Part shown: one piece after another, positions 11,901-23,900 of the stretch | Numbering within the stretch: the first letter of the stretch is position 1 | Layout of the letters: each line of letters opens with the position of its first letter | Assembly: GCF_964355755.1 (NCBI RefSeq) | Contig: NC_092672.1 | Span: 28,650,437 to 28,714,436 of the forward strand | From: Antedon mediterranea | Lineage: Eukaryota; Animalia; Echinodermata | Direction of reading: 5' to 3' | DNA length: 64,000 nt | Translations under genes and position numbers: made by a program | The notes under the pieces: model-generated | Told to the model about the DNA's origin: nothing | The model's database searches: none | What the model saw: only the letters and a program-made list of their open reading frames with translations

Positions 11901-14900
11901 AGTACTAACTAGCACAACCACATGGCAGGCAGTCTCGAGTAGCCTTACTGCTGCCTCCTGTTTCTATAAGTAGAGGTAGTAGGCCTAGGCTAGGCAGTAC
12001 ACTACTAGCTAGGGCTAGACCACCACCAGGAGGGATGTATTTTTTTTTAATTTTTTTTTTTTGGCATCCTGATAAATTGGTTTAATTTGTTAGGATTTCA
12101 ACTATCTATTCTGCAGAGAAAATTACCAAATAAATCTAAATATTGTTTTGAATGTTTACTGTACAGTATTTTAAAAATATTTTCTGCATCAAATGCAATA
12201 GGTTCAAATCAACATTTGCACAATTAACCATTTTATGCAGATATTTGACACAATTTTCTTCTTTTTTTTCAGGTATTAACATTGATTGAACAATAAGAGC
12301 AAGTGAAGTAGTGAGAAACACAAAATGTATCATACAGTGGCAACATTCACAATTTATTGAAACATTTCTTACTATTAAAATGACACTTTGTAATGGATAT
12401 GAGCGATCTTAGAAGACTATAGCTGCCGTAATTACTGCCACAATCAACACATTGATATTAGTAGACAAATTGACACAAAAAACAATACAGGAATTCAATA
12501 AGATATACTGTAACTGTATATAGGCCTATATATATTTTTTATTAACTCCTTTTGCAATGTAATATTTACAGTAACATTATGAAGTGTAAGTAAAATTGAA
12601 GAATTTATTCTGTGTACTGTTGTAGTAGTATTTTTTATTTATTGAATGTTATGTTTACAAAATAATATACTGTACAAATATTATTGCTTTATAAAAAAAT
12701 TATACAACATTTTACAAGCTGAACAGGAACATATTGGCCGAATGCAGCATCACAAATATTTTTCTTGCAATATCCAATCATATACAGAGTCTATCATCAG
12801 TTGTCTTTATGAAGTACAAATGTGACCTCTGTTCCAGTCTTCATCAGCTCAACGTCTTTAAATAAAAATGTTTAAATAATGATGTATAAATAAGTTAAAT
12901 ATTTCACAAAATCTAAAGTTTTTAATTTCGGCAAAGTACGAAAACCTGGAATTTGGTATTTATAAATAGGTCTAGATCATGCACATTTAGTGCAAAATGT
13001 GGGCTAGTGAAATTGCTTGCTTTGACAAATAAGTACACTAACTTTCTATGGTAAAACACATTACAACTAAGACTTAATAAAGAGAAAACAAATATTTGAC
13101 TTACTACAGTACAGAGTTACATGGTAAAGAACAGTAGTTTGTGTGGTAAAATGGCTAAGCTGGCTTTTCCCCTCTGTCTACTTGTACAGTGCTGCTGGAG
13201 GAAGGTTCTCAACTTCAGGCTTGTAAGTTGTATTGTAACCATTTTCCCTGAAAAAATGTTTGTTTTATTTTTATCATAAAAACTAGTTAAACAAGATTCA
13301 ACTGTAAATTATGTATATGGTACAGCAGGCTGGCTGTATTTTCGGATTGATGGCCTAGCCTAGGCCAGTCTATGAAGAGTACAATGTATAGGGCCTAGCT
13401 GGGCATTTTCTGCAGAGACCCGATTGTCCCAGCAGCCTGACTCCTCTACTACTACTACTACTAGCCTAGGCCTATGCTTGTATTATTCTAGGCCTAGCCC
13501 TGAAAAAATCCCAGGCTAAGTTAATTAATTACCTTCCTGTTATTACAAACGTCTGTCTAGTTTGCGTTATATATATAATTATTATATTTAAAATAACCGT
13601 CTAGGCCTATTTACCGACAAATTAACAGCTTAGCTTTACATACGATCAGGGGAAACCCCCAGTCGAGTCGCGTCGATCTGTGGGTGTTGTGTACACAACG
13701 TGCATCATCCATGTTTGTTAGATCAGATCCCAGCTGTGTCGATGCTCATTAACATATCATGCATATTTATGAGTTAGCTCTATCGGCCTAAATTTTGAGC
13801 TGACAAGTTGGGAAATTGATTAACTTATTTTGCTTTTTTCTTAGCGAAATTAATAATTTTTTCGGATTTTTTTTCGGCGAAAGTGAACAACTTTATTATA
13901 GCTACAATATGGTCTATTCAAAATTTGATTTAATTGATCTTCATTTTTCATGTTTTGGGGGACAATACAACTTTAACATAACATTTTTTTAAAGGACAAC
14001 GACAATGAGGGCGTCATCATGTTTTTAGATACCATCATAAAGAGAAAGGGGCTCAATCAATAGTACAGTAGTATACAGTATATTATACTGCATATCTATA
14101 TACAGTGGAGCATGGGTGAAATTACGGGATCCACATCATGTTGTCATTTTTGGGTAGAAGAACGTATAAACAAAACTTGAAGATGACAAATTCGATAACG
14201 AGTTGAAAAAAAAATATAAGACTTAGAAGAGCATTTGGCACGTAGAAGCGCGGTGCGCGCTCTTTGAAATTTGTATAATTTGGACTAAAGAAATGAAAAA
14301 AATACTTTTTAATTTCAACTGGCCATATCATAACGTCACAACATCCGATAGGCTTAATTCTTATATGAATTCAGATCTACATTTAGCTTTCAGAATAAAT
14401 TTTAATCATCAAGGTCACCTTTAATTCTGAAGAGCTGTGAGATATTCAAATATACGCTGCAGGTGAAATTGCACGACCTATGTTATTCAAGTTTTTGGGC
14501 GTGAGGACGTCAATAAAAGGAAAATGATGGCAACATGATAAGGATAATTAATTTAGTAAGCACATACTGAAATGTGAGTGAAAATCGGGCTCAAATAACG
14601 GAGATGCGCTCTATTGAATGTGATAACCTTTAATTCTGAAGAGCTGTGAGATATTCAAATATACGCTGCAGGTGAAATTACACGACCTACGTTATACAAG
14701 TTTTTGAGCGTGAGGACGTCAACAAAAAGAAAATGATGGCAACATGATAAGCATAATTAATTTAGCACATACTGAAATGTGAGCGAAAATCGGGATTAAA
14801 TAACGGAGATGCGCTCTATTGAATGTGATAACCTACAAAAAAAGTAAAAAAAATCTAATTTTTAAATTCAAGTGGCCATTTGATGACGTCACGTCATTTT

Positions 14901-17900
14901 GTACGTAAAATGTCATTTTTAACCTGCTCGTATAGCGTTATATTAAGTCGGAACGAACTCAAATTTGGTGAATGTACTAAGGATGGCGAGTAGAATACGA
15001 TTTGTACAAAAAATCGTATTTTTACGCTTTTTTAAGTATCGCGGGCGCAAAAACATGTTTTTGCGTCGTAATTTTTTATAACACGCAATGGCCTAATTCA
15101 TGCTCTAAATTGATCAAAACTTAATCTTAAGCTTTTTAAATGTTTAACGCGCAATTTCACGCGCCTGACCTTGAAACGCGCAAGTTTTTATTTTCTAATA
15201 TTTTTACCCTTGACCTGAAGTTTACTTAGTGAATTTCATTAATATGTGATAATGAATTATAGAGATATGATTGATAATGTGATTCCACAAAATGGCGTAT
15301 AAATTACGTCACAGATGAGTGATCACGCTGAAAAGCTTATTAGGATTAAGTTATAGTATTTGAAAAATATTGTGAAATTTTAGTAATCATTGACATTAAA
15401 CTTTTTGAGATAATTGTTACAAAAAATAGTGTCCAGAAACAATAATAACAACTAGATTTAAACTCGTTACTTAAGACAAGTTTGGTTATCCGCCCGCAAT
15501 AAAACGTATCTTGCGCATTCAAGTACTTTTCAGTTTTGAATTTTCCAAAAAAAGTAGCCTATTCGAAATTTAAAAAACTGCCCTTAACATGTACGTGAAG
15601 AAAAAGATAAGCGTTATATTTATTGTTTTGATCTTTGAAAATGTTGTTTTTGATGTTAACAATTTCTAAAATTAAATTTAATATGCAAATAATGTAGCCA
15701 TCAAACACGTTTTGACATTCAACACTATAGTGTTGAATGTCAAAACGTGTAATAAAAAAAATATAAAAAAACGGGGGTAACCTTGGGTTCTGATGAACTA
15801 TATCATTTTTAAAAGTAGACATATTTTACAACATTTTCAAATTTTTTAACGTTTACGTGCGCAACCAGTGATGTTTAACGTGCTCGTAGAACGCCATTTC
15901 AAGTTGAAAAGTAAATAAAATAACGTAAAATTGTTAACCGAAGCTTGAAAAACACGATGTAAAATAAAAGTTCATACGCGTTCCCTGCGCCGTGCGCGCG
16001 TAAAAATGTGCGCACCAGTGGCAATTTCTTTTACGCTTAAAATGACCTGAATCGTGCTCTAATTTAATCAGAAATTAATTTCAAGAATTTTAAAATTTCA
16101 AACGCCGTTTACGCACGCACTTTCCAGTGTTACAAATTTTGGTAGCGATAAAAAAGTTAACAATTGATGTGAAGCAAACGTGGCTGAAATGACGTTAGAA
16201 AATATATATTTGTTTCGAAGTTATAACCAATTTAAGATTTTCAGAAAATCGCGCGTAATTTACGCTACGCGGCTCTGACATCGTCAGAAAGCTTGGCTGC
16301 ACAACTTCAGTTAAATGTCTAAATGATGTACAAGTTACAACATATTGTGTTTACACGTTGAAGAGAAACAGCGTGCACAAAATAAGAAGAATAACAAATT
16401 TCAAACGCCGTTTACGCACACACTTTCTAATGTTCAAAAATTTGTTAAACATAAAACAAGTTAGCCATTGATGTGAAGAAAACGTGGCTGAAAACTTCGT
16501 TAAAAAATATTTATCGGTTTCGAAGTTATGACCGATTTAAGCATTTCAGAAAATCGCGCGTGACTTACGCTACGCGGAGCTGACATCGTCAAAAAGCTTG
16601 GCTGCACATCTTCCGCCCACAAAAAAACGCATCTTGCGCTTCAGTTATGATTTTTCCAAAATGTAGCCTTTAAAAAAAAGTAAAACTACCTTTTCAGTGT
16701 AATATAACCAAATAAATCCTTTTATTTAGTTGTTTTTCTGTGACGGGATGCGATCCCGGTACCTCTGATACCAAAGTCAGTTGCACTTCACGACGCGCTA
16801 TATGAGCACCTGCTGAAGAAAATCGGATTATTACATACCAAACTAAATCATATTTTTTACTATGATGAAATCGTCATAAATTTTAAACAGTGACATTATG
16901 AAAATGCATACCTTCAAGTCTTATATATATGAACATGAGAAGAAAAAAGATAAACATTATGTTTATTGTTTTGCTCTTTGAAAATGTTTTTGTTTGTTTG
17001 ATGATTGTTTCCAAGTTATGATCAAATTGAGAATTTTAGAAAATCGCGCGTAACTTACGCTACGTGGCTCTGACAGCGTCTAAAACCTTCGCTTCAGTTA
17101 AATGTCTAAATGTTTACGTTTATAACAGAAGTTTGAAAAGCACAATCTATGCAAAAGAACCCTAACTCTAACCTTAACCCTAAACCTAAACGTAATCCTA
17201 ACCCTAACCCTTAATATCATGAAACCTTAAAAAATGTTAATCAGTGACACATTATGAAAGTGCATACTTTCAAGTTTTATAAAGAGATAAACTTTATATT
17301 TAGGCCTATTGTTTTGCTCTTTGAAAATGTTATTGTTTGTTTGATGATAACAATTTCAAAAATGTTATAGATAATATGCAACATAAATTATAACAGGTGA
17401 CGGAAAACGGCAAACCTTATGTTTATTGTTTATTGGTTTTCGTATATTGAGAATGCCTTGATATAGATAATTATGTTTTATTATTTATTAAATGAATAAG
17501 TTAATTATGTTAAATTTACCTTTTATTAATACACGGTACAAAAATAAAACATTGAATACCTTACGCTTTAGCAATAATCCATTTTGAAATGGAAAACAAA
17601 GGGTTATAGACAATTTTATTTTTTTAAATTTATTAATCTACAATAGAAATAGATGTTACTCTTTCTTTCGATAATGTAAACTTAATCTTTATCGGTAACT
17701 CTGCATCAACATCAAAGTTGACCTCTTCTGGTACAAGAATGGTTTCCCCACTTTCTAGGACAATGTCAATTGGGTATCTTAAAAGAAAAAAAACGTATAA
17801 ACAATCAACTATGGAATAGTTAATATTCTATAATCTCTGAACAGCAGTGGTCTGAAATTTACATACCCATTGGAATAATCAATACCCATAACGATTCCTC

Positions 17901-20900
17901 CTTTTTCTGAGATTCCGACACCTGAAAAATACAATTTAAAAACAGAATGTACTCCGACTTTTCATTAATACAATGTACCCGACAAAGTACAATTGTCATG
18001 TTTTACTAAGGCCAACAATGTGTACTAATCATTTTCCATTGTCACACTAATATGCATGAACGTAGTATATTAATATATTAAATTCATATTTACTTCAATT
18101 TTGCTTGACAGCGTCGAAACTAACTGATTACTCTCTTTTTATAAGGGCAGTCATTGAAACGTTTTTCAATAACTAGTTGGTTTGCCTCCTCGGCCACTTG
18201 CCTCCATTTTGATATGGCTACATCGTCTACACCAAATTTACTAACTTTGGTAAATATCTGAAAATCAAAATACAAAAACAAATTGTAAAATTGGATATAT
18301 CTTTTAAAATTATAAATTCAAGTTCAAGTTCAAGTTTATTGTTTCACACAATACAATACAATACAATATGATAATACAGAAACATAAATTAATAAATACA
18401 ATTGTGTGAGGAGGACGCATTAAGCCAAGGCTTTAAGTCTGGTCCTCCAAGGCCAGATAAGTAAAGATATATTTAATTATTTAATTTAAGTAAAATTACA
18501 TAAAAAATAAATGATTTTGCGTGTAATGTTTTTATACACGACAATTCCAAGGGCTTATCCGCTTGAGGCGGATAACCAATAAAAAAAAAAGTAACACGAC
18601 AATAACAAGGGCTAATCCGCTTGAGGCGGATAACCAAAAAGTAACACTACAACTTCAAGGGCTTATCCGCTTGAGGCGGATAACCAATAAAGATTTCATA
18701 CAATAACAATAGGTTATAATTTTATTCTAAATGATCACCTAATAAAAGGCCTGAAATAATGTTCGCAAGGTTTTATTTTTTATATATTTTACTTTAGATT
18801 TTAGTCCTGATCAATTTAATTACGGTAATGAGAATGAGAAAAACGGTAATCGTGTTTATCTACGCTCAACTACGGCAACCGTAGAGTGTGACGTAATCAC
18901 TTACTGGTCAACACAAAGTACAATTTACTGCGATACAAGGTATGTAATGATAATTTGGTTTATTCGCACAGTTATAGCTAATTTGAAAGACCCTTCACAC
19001 CTGTGAAGCATTGATGTTCGATTCGCCGGACCGGAACAGGTGTGACACACTTTTTACCCGGCTAAATAACTATAATATGAACCGCAACAGACTGGTTTCC
19101 AACTTTTCCATTCTAATTGTATTTCCTCACCATTCTGAAAGTCATGACTTCATCAATTATAATGACGTAATGTTATCTAGTTTCTTTTAAACACTGTTTG
19201 GGCATTTGGTTTCACTTTTAGAGCTGCGATTCCCGGTGACTATTACATTTACGTTACAGTCGATGGGAAAGAAGTTGATACCTACTGTAGTAACTCCAAT
19301 AACTGCAGATTTCAGGTAATAATAAAGCGGTTTTATTTAATTAGGCCCAATGTGTAATAACTATTCACCAAGAAAAAGTTAATTAAACACAAATTCAATA
19401 TACTAGTTTGTAGACAGAACTTTACTGCGGCAAATGGAACAGATAAAATATGATTTGTCAGAGGAACGATATATAAACTTTTGCAACATTAGATACATAT
19501 TTCAGTACCGCAATTAAACTAAACAAAGCGATCATTTTTGATAGATTTTTTTTACCAGAAATATTTTATAAAACAATATTACAATTGTCTGTTCTTTATT
19601 CTTATTCAACTAGTACAATAGTAATAGAACACCAAGAGTAAGACGTGTTTGGCCACGATCTGGAACTCCAGGTAAGTACGAATTTTTAATAACATAAAAA
19701 AATATTTATAAATTGAGTTATTAAATATTGATTTAGCCTGATAATTATAACTCAATAAGTTAAATAAACTCTAAAATAGCATGAGAGCATACATTCCACG
19801 TTATCTATATATAAATTATGGTTAATTCTGACATAGGCGAGCACAATGCAAAAACTTCCGTACAAATCTCCGCCTTATCTATCTCAGATGTACCGCGAAA
19901 CGTAGATTTGATAACATTAGTTTTCACATCGACGCTATTGTTCCATATTTCTATCTTAGGAAGATATTATAAAGAGTTTTTTAACACAATTTAAGATTTC
20001 AACAGTAGATTTTCCACTCAATTTCAATTCTTCGCGGGTCAAAGTAATTTCTGGGTTCACCTTGCAACAACCTGGTTTCAACTATTTTCTCTCTTTTATA
20101 CATAAGGGAGCAGTTAAAATAATAGATTTGACCATAAAGGTGACTGGAAACAGGCACTTTCCATCAATCAATACAGTGTCCCTTTGAAAGAAGGAAGAAA
20201 AAAACCGATAGTAGGACTAGTTGCATAGCCATTTCAGTTTTTAGTTTATTTTAGGAACGGACCGTGCGTGTGTGAAGGTACAGTAGTTAAAAAATAAAAA
20301 TTTTACTGCAAATTAATAAAGATCAAATTAAATATACGCCATAAAGAATCGGAATATATTGTGGGAAATAGTATTATAAAATTACATAGGGAGATTTGAT
20401 GATAAGACATTTTGTTTAAACTCGAGTGAAATCCCGATAGTTGATTGAGTAAGCTGGCAGGAATAACTGTAGGCTATCTGTGTCCCGTTAGGACCGAGAT
20501 GTCTGCCCATGTTGCAAGCCGTAATGTCTTCTTTCTTGGGCATACTCTGTCAGGGCAGTTATTTTCAAGAGGTTTAAATTAAATAATGTATTAATAATTA
20601 TTAGGATGGTATTTATTTGAATAAACGCCTCTCCAATAAAACATCACTTTGAATAATAATCATATACTATTTGTAGTAGAATTCATCGCACTGTTATCTA
20701 CAATTTACCAAGCATTTGTTATTCTTTTTTACCACTTTTTATACCTATTAGAGAATTTCATTTGATTAAATGTTACCATATTATTAAAACTAAAAAAATT
20801 AACATATATCCCTCGAATAAGCACCTCCCTCAAATGAACTCCGCCTCCTCAAAGGGCCCTACCAAACAATAAACACTATACTTTAAAATGTTATTAATCA

Positions 20901-23900
20901 GGGCCGTAGCCAGGATCTGTCACACTAAGTATTTGGGTCACCCCCACCCCCATACCTACCCCCCCTCACCCCCAGGTGGGGCCTGAGGCGAAGCAAATTT
21001 TGTTAAATGACACCCCTAGATGGCCGGAAAAGACACTCTCATGCATGCAGCATGCTACCAATGAGCAAAACGATCGTACTTGGACTCGTTGACTATTTCA
21101 ACGATAACATTTGTTGCCGTATGTTAGATGCGCGTGCTCTGTGCGGAACCGCCGATTGTTTGATCATTTACTCGATATTTTGTTTTGCGTTCAAGTTCAA
21201 TGCGAACGTACGTCTAGGAGAAGCCCCGAAAAAAGCACACTGGGTGAAGGCAAATGCAATTCTTATTATAGCTCTATCTATAATATTTATTTACAGCAAT
21301 GTGTTGAGGAAATTAAATATGCCAATGTAAATAGGTGATATTGATACATTTGAGTAGGCCTACGTATCGGCTGGTGGTCTAGAAAAAAATAATCGGATGC
21401 CATAATGTGAACTACAGTACATGATACCATAGATATTATAGTGTAAAATATTAATATTCACTATAATCCTCTATGATACATTATACTTCATAGCCACACA
21501 TAAATACTGATGTATGTCGGAAGGCTATATACTTTATGCATGCTGCCTGACTGCCAGTGATCTAAACAATTGGTACGCAGTTGTCTGGCGGTGTCCTTTG
21601 TACGAATCGTTCGTCCCCCAGCTCACTGTGAGACGCGTCAATATCATGTTACATGCAGGGACCAAACATTTATTTTTCAGGTTAAAATCCGCAATTCATT
21701 TGCAACTCTTTACAGACTATATCGCTCGAAGTACGCTCATACAGGGAAGAAGGTACTGTATGAGTTATTCCGAACGAGTTTACGAATTTTTTAATTTACG
21801 AACAACTTTTTGTACTGTGGGGCACGTATTTGGACGATTTTTGGAGATGAGGGTGAGGTATTGGGCATGTCGGGGATGGGGGTTCGCAGTCGGTTAAGGG
21901 GGGTTCGCTGTAAAGGGGGGGGGGGGGGGGGGTTCGCCCGAACCATAAAAAACCCCCCTGGCTACGGGCCTGTTAATCATCTAAAACACTGTGAAACAGA
22001 GTAGTTTAGTTTTACGAATGTCAAGCATTTTCAATAATGGTAACCGACAGAAAACGTACAAGGAGAACATTTTTATCATTCCGAGAACCATCGTCTACAC
22101 TTCCTAGAGGGGGAGCGAGCGAAGCGAGCGAAGCGAGTTCACCATCTAGTATTATGAATTTACACAGAATAACGGTAACGGTAAGCGGTAAACCGCGTAC
22201 CTGGTCCCACATAGAATATATATCTATCCAGAACAAGCTTCCGCTCAACAACCGTCCGCTCCGCGTTTTCTGTAAAGGGAAAATAAATGGAAATAACATA
22301 GATTCTATTGTTTTATTTTCTGCTTACCGTTTACCGGTACCGTTACCCGCTCCTCTCTGTAAATGGGCCTTTACAATGTAACATGAAATGAATGCTATAT
22401 CACACTATTATAAAAAACTGAAATTTAGTTTAATCGACCTGAGTTTATTTTCACGCATTGCAGATTCTACGTTGAATTTCTATGGCAAAATTGTAACTGA
22501 TATTGTTACACCGAGTCAATCTCAAGCTGACGAATATGAAGACTCAAATACCGACATTGAAATTCAAAGGTACGCCTGAAAAACAAAAATCGTAAAATTC
22601 TGTCTACGCTATCAAACTAGTTTGTGTGATGTGCCCAGATATGGTAGTGATATGCCCAAATATGGTAGTGATATGACATCATGTCCATATATGGGAACAT
22701 CAATTTTTTTTTTGTCGCATAAAGTTTGATACAGCAGTGTATACTTTAATAAAAAAGAAATTATAAATTAAAAACTAAGCGTACAGTGGTGCGCCTACTG
22801 CTATAAAATCAATTTTAATGTTGTGACATTATTAGGAATTGTATAATTAAAGCTTATATATGCAGCCTATATACCTTCTTGAAAAATGAAATATCAAGTA
22901 GTACATTATTCGTCTAGCTTGTGTGAAAATAATGTATGAATTTAGCCAAGGAAAAAAGGATTGTTACTGTTTAGTTGCATGAATGACTCTTAAAAATAAT
23001 TCTTACCCATTTTGTTGTTGAATATGTAATTTTAAAGTTAAAAAAAAAAATCAGTAGTCCAATGGGTTTGTGGTTGAATTTAACCATTTATTGTGTAATT
23101 TTATTAGTGAAAAAAATCATTTATTTTGCAATTGTATAAGTGAAAACATTATTTGTTTTCCTATTTTTATCGAAGTTGACAACTTTATTAAACTACAAAA
23201 TAACCCATTCAAAGTGTTTTTTATTTTTTTGGGGGGGGGGGGGGGGGAGACACTAAATCTTTTAAGCATAGGCATAGCGTTAAAACACCTGATGCAACAT
23301 TTCAATCGTACTTTAACGGTAATTCAAATTTGTTATTTTTAGGATATATATGGGATCTAGCATCTGTGATCCTATTGACCAAGACACGGGAACTGTGTAA
23401 GTATTTATTGCGGCTATGTTTAAGTTCTATTACCGATATTATCAACTCGATCAAATGATAAGAGATATTGGTAAATGTTATACCATGGGTATATATAGGT
23501 CCATGGTTATACCAAAATGACAAATTCACAATTATGACAAATGTATTATGCCATGCATAACAATATCTAGTATATGAATTAATACTATTTCAATTACTAA
23601 TAATTTAGTAATGTATTTTATATTTATAATATTTTACTATCCAAATCTGAAATTTAAAACCGATATTAAGTGCTATTTGAATAACAAAAAAAATTATAAC
23701 ATTCCGTTTTTAGAAATTAATCATATTTTACACTACGCATGAAGATGAGCAATTAGTATTTTCATATTGTTATCTTTAAAATGACAACCTATTTAGATTT
23801 GGTATTGACAAGGCTTCCGACGGCTGGGGAACCATTATTTGTAAACCGAACAGTACAATTGTTGGTAAGAGTTTTAAAAATAGAAAATAACAATAGGTCA

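Larger units (their letters stand above)
15451..18688 (-). mobile_element. Helentron/DINE-1-type non-autonomous rolling-circle element (composite)
   Basis: subTIR TTGGTTATCCGCC (15482-15494) and its complement GGCGGATAACCAA (18567-18579 and two further copies); 5' hairpin ttatccgc-ttgag-gcggataa; 3' hairpin (15460-15483) followed by CTAGT and a T-rich target; internal repeats 16093-16310/16397-16613/17008-17112. Confidence 0.7.

Noticed and set aside
17157-17215. Interstitial telomere (CCCTAA-like)
   Set aside because: Short and degenerate, and inside a composite repeat element; such tracts are common in invertebrate TEs.
18540-18690. CRISPR-like array of three palindromic repeats
   Set aside because: Eukaryotic context, no cas genes, and the linkers are A-rich and related to each other; better explained as Helentron-type termini.
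21007-22004. Cluster of short + strand ORFs
   Set aside because: All fall within a non-autonomous MITE and show no protein motifs or splice compatibility with the host gene.
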